DNA of 64,000 nucleotides from Mayamaea pseudoterrestris (Eukaryota): NCBI GenBank assembly GCA_027923505.1, contig BROI01000002.1, positions 682,001 to 746,000 of the forward strand, read 5' to 3'. Shown piece by piece: positions 55,473 to 64,000 of this stretch (position 1 is its first letter; each line of letters starts with the position of its first letter). The notes under the pieces were generated by a model. It saw only the letters and a program-made list of their open reading frames with translations, ran no database searches and was not told where the DNA came from. The position numbers and the translations under genes were made by a program.

Positions 55473-56678
55473 TTACGTTTCATCTTCACCGCAGTAGAAT
55501 ACTACCTTCCGCCGCAATGGGGTCTCCAGCCTACCTGCCCCGTGCCGCAGCGCCTCATCGACCTGCGAAAGACCAAACACTTCCACCATAGGGCACACAA
55601 GGTCGTGGCTGAGTACAAGGTCCACTAACTGATTGATCATCGCCTCCTTCTTTTCTCGCTCGTGCATGTGTTGCACCATCCAACGACTGTGCCAGTATCC
55701 TCTCAGGCGAACATCCTTAAATATCAGCTGCGTCGTCGAGACTGTCACTGGCTTCATAGACATGCCGCCGTATGTAACATGAGTTCCTCCATCGCCCAGG
55801 AGTTTCAGTAGCAAATCGGAAGACTCACCACCGACAGCATTCAAAGCCAAACAGACATCTGATATTTCCTCCAGCTGGCTCTTTAAAGCCTTCACCTTTG
55901 TCTTGTCAGTCAAGTCCTCCTCTGCAACGACCAAATGGTTCTTTCCCTTGACAGACAAGTAGTCGACAAGTTCATCCATTTCCTCTTGCGATCGATTGCG
56001 TCGCTGCACCATGCTAACCATTGCTGTGTCGCTGCATACCAATGAAGCTAATTGACTAGCCATGAATCCCACACCCGAATTTCCAGCATTTTGGACAATA
56101 ATCCTTGGACCTTTTGCCTTCGGCTCGAGAAAGTCGTGTAGCAGTCGGAACGCCGTGCCTCCGAGCTGAAAGACTGCTGCCGCTCGCGGGCCTTGTGCAT
56201 TCATGAGTTCCTGCCCTCGTTTCACATGGATCAAGGCATCTTTGTCGCAAATAACGTGAGATCGGAATGTTCCGTACCCGGAAAGCCCCAATGTCACCCA
56301 ATCACCAGCCTTGAAAGTGCCGGATTCGTCGCTCACAACTTGTCCCCATCCTTCAGATCCTGCCACGGTACGTCCATCAAAATGCAGACTTGCTGCTCGA
56401 TTGGTTCGATCGGCATCTGGATATGGCGACGCATATGTTCCTTGGACACTGTTCATGTCGGCCGGATTCCACGGCGCGTGCATCATTTTAACGTGCACTG
56501 GATTTTCGATTCGTCGCGTATCCTTTAACGCTTTTTTGTGATCCGTTTGTTGATATTGCAAGACATCAAGAGGATTTCCAGTCGTCTTATATGACAGCTC
56601 ATGATAATGACGATCACTGATTCTTGCTGTAGAAATGCATCTTTTGGCGGAGCGGGTGGATAGGTGGAGGAGCGCCAT
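55473..56678 (-). CDS. MECR: Mitochondrial trans-2-enoyl-CoA (enoyl-ACP) reductase
   Basis: APWNPADMNSVQGTY, GSEG, GDWV, QNAGNSGVG, LALNAVGG, VTYGGMS and LIFKD, with a mitochondrial-type presequence. Confidence 0.9.
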   Translation of the reverse strand: MALLHLSTRSAKRCISTARISDRHYHELSYKTTGNPLDVLQYQQTDHKKALKDTRRIENPVHVKMMHAPWNPADMNSVQGTYASPYPDADRTNRAASLHFDGRTVAGSEGWGQVVSDESGTFKAGDWVTLGLSGYGTFRSHVICDKDALIHVKRGQELMNAQGPRAAAVFQLGGTAFRLLHDFLEPKAKGPRIIVQNAGNSGVGFMASQLASLVCSDTAMVSMVQRRNRSQEEMDELVDYLSVKGKNHLVVAEEDLTDKTKVKALKSQLEEISDVCLALNAVGGESSDLLLKLLGDGGTHVTYGGMSMKPVTVSTTQLIFKDVRLRGYWHSRWMVQHMHEREKKEAMINQLVDLVLSHDLVCPMVEVFGLSQVDEALRHGAGRLETPLRRKVVFYCGEDET

Positions 56679-56749
56679 GGTGATTGTCAATGAACAAAGT
56701 GGGTGATCGCGAAGAAACCGAAAGAGCGAAGCGCGATGATTCGCGTTTC

Positions 56750-56759
56750 ATGACGTCAT
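56750..56759. promoter_or_regulatory. ATGACGTCAT palindrome (bZIP/CRE-like site) about 70 bp upstream of MECR
   Basis: Perfect 10-bp palindrome containing TGACGT. Confidence 0.4.
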
Positions 56760-56928
56760 ATACGTCTTATACGACATCAAAGATACCGGCAATCGCAACA
56801 TTGCTTAAAGAGCACCAACAAAGGCGATAGAAATACGTTCAAAATTAAGCAAGAGCAAGAACAATAGTCTTTGTTCAGTGGTAACTGATATCTACTGTAT
56901 GCAGCTGTAACCAACCGAGTGAAATGCA

Positions 56929-57387
56929 TCAAAGCTCATCATTTGCATCGCCATCACCAGTAGCCGTAGCAATAGGAACCTTCATCGGCTTGGAAGCCCA
57001 AAGGCCATGTTCATTACAGTACGCATATGCTCGAATAGTCGTTCCGGCACGTACTTCTGCAGAAAGTCTGGCGGTTCGATCGCTGGCGTCGAATGCCGAT
57101 ACGCCAAGTATGCGGTTGTCGTCCATGTTGACGGCCCACACGTATTGTATCCAATGGGGCTTTGTGGGATTCATTTCATGAGGGATTGTGACTCGAGCTC
57201 GATCATAGGCGATATGCACTATTGGAGTATGCTTGGTGGCATCGCCTTTGGAGTTGATTGTGCCTGCGTGTTCCGATACCAATTGGCGGACAATTTCCTG
57301 CAGTTCGTGTCGATCCCTTGCAGCCTGACCAGAAGACATGATCAATACAGACAACAGTAGTGCGATGCGTAGCATTGGTCGCGTCAT
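56929..57387 (-). CDS. Superoxide reductase / desulfoferrodoxin ferrous-iron-binding domain protein with a signal peptide
   Basis: KHTP, HEM, HWIQYVW and YCNEHGLW supply the 4His+Cys ligand pattern. The N-terminus is MTRPMLRIALLLSVLIMSSGQA. Confidence 0.85.
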   Translation of the reverse strand: MTRPMLRIALLLSVLIMSSGQAARDRHELQEIVRQLVSEHAGTINSKGDATKHTPIVHIAYDRARVTIPHEMNPTKPHWIQYVWAVNMDDNRILGVSAFDASDRTARLSAEVRAGTTIRAYAYCNEHGLWASKPMKVPIATATGDGDANDEL

Positions 57388-57680
57388 GGTGGTTGGTATG
57401 GAGATGACGAGACGACTATCGAAGGAAATGTGGACGAACGATGATGGAGAAGATCTTGCGTTCAGCTTGGCCGCGCCGTCGCGGGCATCGTGTCGCATCG
57501 GTTTAAAAGAAGCTAAAGTAGTCGTTCGGATGATGACGATGCGTTCATCCAATCCAATGGCGCGCGCGACGTAACTTCGCCCTTGCCATTTTCAGCCGCT
57601 CACACCATGGACTTTGGCCGTCGTTAGATTCCTGCAAGTCTTTACAACTGCTCTACGAAAATTTATTTACTACTTCCAAA

Positions 57681-60600
57681 ATGTCTAACTCATTGAACAA
57701 AGAAGACAATATGCCAAACTCCGATGTCGCGGAGGAAGAAAAGCCGGAGACTTTGGTTGATTCTCCGAAACCGTCGTCGGCCGAAAAGTCGAGTCCTTGT
57801 CCGGCTCCTCCCACAGACGAGACAATGAACGGATCCGAGTCGGACGGCGAGGTCGATGACGCTGAAGAAGCTCTCTTTGCCAATTTGGAGCATGAAGAGG
57901 AGGAAGAGGCTGCTCGACAGGCCTTGCTGCAGCCCAAGGATATATCCGTCGCTCCCGCGCTCCTTCGCAAAGCTTTGGAGGATGGACAAGTCAAGGCTGA
58001 CGAGTCGGAGGAGGAGTCTGACAAGGAGGTGAAAAAGGCAGAGTCTCCGGAGCCGCATGTTCATTCGAGAGTAAGTACTCATTGAGAGAAGCGTGTCGAG
58101 AATATGTGTGGCTGGCAGACATTCTTGTCATTTGCGACGGAACAATTGCGTTTTCTCGTCATTGGCATTGTTACTTGGTTGGTCTATCTACCTGCGATAA
58201 AGTATTGATTAGGTTACCGCAGAATCATTTGCAAGCGGTTGCAATTCTGTCACTTCTCTGGCCTCGCAAGAGTTACATTGCTGGCTGCAACTTACAATGG
58301 CGATAAGGCGTTGGTACGAATCATGTACATTTGCCTCACACAATGGTCTACTTGGCTACGCGCACAGAAAAATCAGCTAGAATTTTTGCTTTCCAAGGCT
58401 GAGGAATACAGCAACTTTATCGCTCGCGATTTAGATGAGTTGCAGGCTAATCTTGCGCGGGAGGCAGAGGAATCGTTTGAAGGGCCCGATGGAAAGAAGC
58501 GTAAACGCAAGGGCTCAGCTGGAGCGACAAGTAAAAAGGCCAAGGCAATCGAAAACCTTAAGACTGCACATGCAAAGGACGCGATTGTTCGATCGGAAGG
58601 AAAGAAGGCAGTGTTTCGTCAGCCCCCTATTTTAGCGTCAGGGTGTGTTTTGAAGGACTATCAGCTTGAAGGTGTCCGTTGGTTGGCATCGCTGTACGAG
58701 AATGGCGTTTCTGGTATATTGGCCGATGAAATGTAAGCGCGACAAGACCTGAGTAACATTTGGTTTCTTTTGTTGTTTACTAACACACCAATGCATTTTT
58801 CCTTGAACTTTAGGGGTCTTGGAAAGACGATTCAATGCATTGCCTTGATTGCGCACTTGCTCACCAAGACAGTGAGCGGCCCATTTCTCATTGTAGCCCC
58901 ACTCGCTACTCTTCCAAACTGGGTCCGCGAGTTTGAGCGCTGGCTTCCACAATTTCCTGTCATTCGCTACCACGGCACTGGCCCAGAACGCGACGCAATG
59001 TTCAAAGGACCTTTGGATCCTAAAAATAAGCGGAACAAGGATTTCCCGTTCATTGTTACATCTTACGAGGTGGCCATCCGCGACCGAAGCAAGCTGGAGC
59101 GCCTTGGCGAGTTCACGTACTTAATTGTTGATGAAGGTATGGTAGCAGGTTGCGATACGCATAATTGAGTTGCTGATCCTTTCGTCGCTAACGTAGTCTT
59201 TTGCATATTAGGTCATCGGTTGAAAAATCATCGCTGTACATTGCTGAGTTCTTTAAAGAGATTGAAGGCAGCGAATCGTCTTCTGCTGACTGGAACACCG
59301 ATCCAGGTAAGTCGAAATAAGTTATCTTGACGGCTGCCGCCTCTTTGACTGCAAACGGCTAATCAATCGCGATTCTTTAAGAATACACTGAACGAACTGT
59401 GGTCGCTGTTGAACTTTGTCAACCCTGGTATTTTCGACGACCTGACGGTGTTTCGGTCCTGGTTTGGTTTCAAGGACATTGGGCAACAGACACATGGGGC
59501 CACGAAGGAAGAAGACATTTTGCTTGCAGAGCGCAAAAATCAGACGGTCACAAAGCTCCATAACATTCTCCGTCCCTTCTTGCTGCGCCGCGTGAAAATT
59601 GATGTTCTTTCAGAGCTGCCTCCAAAGAAGGAGGTTATCGTCTATAGCGGAATCTCAAAGCTGCAGGCTGGCTATGCGGATTTGATCGAGAAGGGCACTC
59701 TGCGCGACACCTTAATTCGTCAAGGGATTGAAGACGGTCGGACGCTCAGCCAGCACAACAAGATGATGAATCTCCGAAAGAATACTAATCATCCGTTTTT
59801 ATTCGGCGAGCCCATCGACCCAGCAACGGGTCTTCACGTTGGTACAGCTCATCCTCAGCTCTTGGTCCGGGCCAGTGGAAAGTTTGCCTTATTGGATCGC
59901 ATGCTAGATCGGCTGCACCGCGATGGTCATCAGGTTTTGATATTTTCGCAAATGACGAGCGTTTTAAATGTCATGGAGGATTACCTGCAGTTTCGCAAGT
60001 GGAACTACTGCCGCATTGATGGATCGACCCATATTGATGAGCGTCAGCGGCAGATGGATGTTTTTAACGCCGACCAGACTGGCGGGGCCGATGGATCGCG
60101 CAACATTGCTGACGATCGTAACTTTGTCTTTTTGCTGAGTACTCGTGCTGGAGGGTTGGGCATTACGTTGACTGCTGCGGATACATGCATCATTTTCGAT
60201 TCAGACTGGAATCCCTTTGCCGACTCGCAAGCCATGGATCGGTAGGTCGAATAATTGTCCAGAAATTTTTTGCGAGGTTCATCGCAATATCCACTAACAC
60301 GTCCTTTTGCTATCAGCTGCCATCGAATTGGCCAGGAACGTCCCGTTGCCGTCTATCGTTTGATTACTACCAACTCGGTGGATATCGAAATGATGGAAAA
60401 GCAAGTGTCCAAGAAGAAGCTGGAGCGAATGACTATCGCCGGAGGAGACTTTCGCCGAGCTGGTCGTCGTACTCAGGGAGACTTTACCTTTGAGAGTCTC
60501 AACATGTTGCTTTCCTCGGAAATTAAAGACATGCACAGCAAAGGAGCCGATGTGGAAGATGTCAAGATTTCAGACGAGGAGTTTGATTCCATCATGGACC

Positions 60601-60707
60601 GCAAGCGTCTTTTTAGCAGCGGACCCGACGCTCCTCCATCGGAAGGCAAAATGTATGACCTAATTGACGCGCAAGGTGGAGATGTTCTCGGGTCAATGGA
60701 CGCATAG
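57681..60707 (+). CDS. DDM1: SNF2-family chromatin remodeller DDM1/HELLS(LSH); introns 58071..58367, 58733..58813, 59137..59211, 59307..59381 and 60242..60316
   Basis: [71 protein letters not shown] and QAMDR|CHRIGQ. No chromo-, bromo- or SANT domains are present, which fits the HELLS subfamily. Confidence 0.85.
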
Positions 60708-61282
60708 AAAGGAAACTAAATGATGGTAGACGTACAATAGATATCGACGTGATGTTTCGCGCAGGTATGAATAGCTAGCGTCTCATTAGGTTAGACTCTC
60801 AATCTATACAGAGTTTCGTCAGACGGTCTCATCGTAATGCTGCATGCGCGATTTGGAAAAGTTCGCAGCAACAACCATCGATGGCTGATTTGGGGGCTTT
60901 ATTCTTTTCCAAATAGTTCGAATCGTAGCTAATATCAGAGTAGCATGCTCCATATAGCCCTCTTGTTGATGGCAAGACCTGAGGCATAACTAAAACTTCG
61001 TAGAGTAACCATTTTTATGACTCATTTTGGCTTATGACAATTTTAGTGGCTCTGCAACGTTCGCATTTTCTATGAAGGCTTATATAATTAGTCTTGAGGA
61101 GGGAGTCGGACGAGTTGGCCCGCGCCTCGACCATGACGACCCTCTTTCGTCCATCTCCCATTCGACTGCACACGACTTGCTTCCGGTTGCTACACTCTAT
61201 AAGTAAAGATATCTGGCGAGTTAAGAGACAGTTGAATATCATAGCTGTAAGCAGCAATCAAACATCATCTAATTTCATTATC

Positions 61283-64000
61283 ATGCCAGTTTGGTTTCCT
61301 CCAGTGGATCGCCTCGTCACATTCATTCCAGAACCACCGCTAAACTTTTATGATGATGCATCCTTTGGTACACCCGAAGGATCGCTTGATGGACTCGGCA
61401 ATGACAATGATGACGACTTTTACGATGCGTCGCCGCAGGATTTTGGAAACGCAAGTATGAGTTTCAACGACGAGGAGCTGCTGCTGGATGGAGACGAAAG
61501 CATGAACTACTTTGATACGATGAACGATTTTGACGATTTAAACGCGACAAGGTAGGTCAGAAATTGCATTGTGGCGTCGCATGTCATTTCGTGAGATATT
61601 AGCGGAACGAAAGGCGCTGTATAAGCGAGGAATATGGTATTCTATGACAGCGACTGAAGAGCATGTGCGACGCTTTACTGGACCGCTCCTGTGAAAAGCT
61701 GTTTGCAATCTGATTTCTGACGTATGGTCACATACTTCGTGTTCTTCTTTTGCAGCAACTTGACAAAGTCTAACGCGCCAGCATCAACTCCATTGCAAGA
61801 CGTTGGCTTGGACGAAGGAAGCGGATCATTCAACGTCGATGAGGGTGGCAATTTACAGGAAGTGTCGCCCGCACACGAGCAGAGTATGAACATGTCCAAT
61901 CTGCTTTACGGAGACGATGAAACTCCCAGTGTTACCGAGTCGGGAGTATATGATGCAGACTCGAGCATGGATTTTTCACAACTCAAAGAAGGCAACAGTC
62001 CTGCCAGCCATGCCATTGCTCCCTTGGCTGTTGCCGGAGGCTTTCACGCCATGCAAGCGGTGTACAATCGACTGGGCGGAAACGATGACAATGTTGATGA
62101 CGACCTGCCTGGCATTAACGAATTTATATCGCAATCAAAACACTTGGGCCAGCAAGAAGGCATGACAAATGCAGCTCGATGGAATCAGATGCAGCATGCC
62201 TTGAACCAAAGTGCCATGCAAGAGTCGGCGCGAGGCGGTACGGGTTTCTTTGTGCAAAGCAACAAGTAAGTTCGGTTTGGATGACTGCCTGCGTTTTTTA
62301 AGCATCATAAATTTCGCTCACGATCAATGTTTCGTCTTCCTTTCGATAGCTATCAAAACGTTTTGCAAAGCATGGCCAAATCTGCAAGTCAGCAGGCTGC
62401 CGCATCCGTTGGCAATGCATCGTCGGGTATGGCGTCCGCTGCACTAGCACCAGTTGCCATGTCGATTGCGGTAAAGGTTGTTATCGCGGTAGCAGTAGGT
62501 GTTGCAGCAAGTGCTGTTGGAATTACTGCTGGGGTCTTGAGTGGCAGCAAGTCTCCTCTGGCAAAGTTCAAAAACTTGAACAACCCCGGACTTGTATCAA
62601 GTCGACCAGATCCAAACAATGGAAACAGTGCGCAACAAGAACTGGAGATACCCGACTCGGAGGAGCTTACATACGGAGCTATTGATTTTGCTAGTATAAA
62701 CCCAACAGTGGCGCCGAGTTATAATAACTTCTTTCCTACCGCTACCACTCCAACAAGGATACCCACGTTCGCCACAACATTGAGCCCGGTCAGTTCCACC
62801 TTTTCTCCATCGCAAGCAACGACAGGCCCAACAGCTGCAGCATCAGTCATCGGGCAAACGGCCGGTCCCACTAACTTGTCCACGAGTGCACCCTCGGCAG
62901 TGGCAACGCTATCGCCTTTAGCGGCACCAACAGCTCCTCCGGTTCCAAGCTTATTTACTACGCCTCCGACGACGGCAACGTTTGAGCCAACGACCGCTAC
63001 AAACTCACCTACGGCTGCTTTGACGACAAACCCAACAATAGTCGCCACCCCGTCTTCCTCTGGAGGTGGAATTCAAACTTCATCACCTGCTGCCATTGTC
63101 CCAACGATTACGACGACAGGGGCCCCGACAGCGACTACGACGAGTGTTCCAGCAAGGGCTACAAACTCTCCGACGCAAGCGACGACCGGGCCAACAGCTG
63201 GAACGACAGATCTTCCAACCTTAATATCACCAGGCCTGGGAAGACCTGGCGTGACTGTAACAGTAGGACCAACTGTTTTATCTACTTCGCTGCCTACCCC
63301 GCTTGTCGCCGCAAGGCCGGGCGTGTCAGTCACATCTGCTCCTTCAGCTATCCCGCTGAGCCAAAATTTTGCACCCGTTAGTACAAGACCTACAGTTGCA
63401 CCATCGGGAGGATTTCCGATTAGTCCAGTAACCATCGCGCCCTCGACTGCCGTTCCTGTTGCGTCTCCGACACCGGTGACATTGGTGCCTTCTGCATCGC
63501 CGCAAACTGGAGCACCTTCCACTGTATCGCCTACGACGGCAACAGAGGCACCGACGGGGCCATTCGTGCCGACACTGGCCCCAGTATTTAGTATATCACC
63601 AGCAACATCACCTGCAGTTACAACAACAGATGTGCCAACAAAAGCTCCGACTTTATCGTTGACAAGATCACCAGCACTGACTTCGACATCACCAGTCGCT
63701 GCTCTGCCTACTCAAGCGCCCGTCTTTTTAATTGTGCCAACAACAGAATCACCCTCGATTACACCTACTAAAACACCTGTCTTTGCCCCAACTCTACCTG
63801 TCGCACCCTCATCAACAAGTTCACCGACGCAAAACCCATTTGAGGTGCCTAGCAAAGCCCCATTACTTTTCTCTTCCCCTATTAGAATTCCTACAGTTTT
63901 GCCGACTGCAAACCCATTCGGCGCACCAAACGCAGCTCCTACCGCATCACCATCAAGAGGTCCCATCAAGAGTCCAACAGATTTCCCACTTGTATCTCCG
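61283..64000 (+). CDS. Large single-TM protein with a mucin-like Pro/Thr/Ser-rich ectodomain, running off the window end; introns 61552..61755 and 62266..62349
   Basis: GT-AG splices join the ORFs in frame. Exon 3 has a TM (IAVKVVIAVAVGVAASAVGI) followed by PT/SPT/APT repeats. It reads open as far as I translated it and appears to reach 64000; it is missing from the ORF track, presumably because it has no stop in the window. Confidence 0.75.

Noticed and set aside
16766..57387. Metal/redox gene cluster (CadD-like, HCF101, CDF, SOR-like)
   Set aside because: The genes are spread over 40 kb among unrelated housekeeping genes, with no evidence of clustering beyond chance.
47786..60707. Functional link between DDM1 and the nearby methylation-decayed element
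   Set aside because: DDM1 acts in trans, so proximity tells us nothing.
62719..63969. Minus-strand Gly/Val/Ala-rich ORFs
   Set aside because: Antisense shadows of the plus-strand Pro/Thr-rich exon.
1..64000. Prokaryotic features: operons, CRISPR arrays, rRNA/tRNA genes
   Set aside because: Spliceosomal introns show the DNA is eukaryotic. No regularly spaced repeats or tRNA/rRNA signatures were seen by eye; tRNAscan-SE or Infernal would be needed to exclude them fully.

Overview
Gene-dense eukaryotic nuclear DNA with short GT-AG introns, very short intergenic spacers and bipartite plastid-targeting presequences (signal peptide followed by an ASAF-like motif). This points to a diatom or related ochrophyte; the organism is inferred, not proven. 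I can support about 35 protein-coding genes, including an HCAR/FrhB-family reductase, NIP7, MCCC1, tyrosine aminotransferase, HCF101, RsmE, a CDF zinc transporter, S6K, ALG6, MECR and DDM1/HELLS. A CpG-poor, decayed element, probably a tyrosine-recombinase (Crypton-like) transposon, sits at about 47.8-49.9 kb. No rRNA, tRNA or CRISPR array was recognised. The observations most worth following up are: (1) a composite motif TGAC[G/A]TC[G/A]TACCGGT that recurs in at least five promoter regions; (2) a spliced gene fusing an intact Fic motif, a RING domain and an SHI/SRS-like zinc finger; (3) a signal-peptide-bearing superoxide-reductase-like protein; (4) an RluA pseudouridine synthase lacking its catalytic Asp; (5) a tiny plastid-targeted single-helix protein; (6) a frameshifted BTB gene. 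All calls come from reading motifs by eye; no database searches were run.
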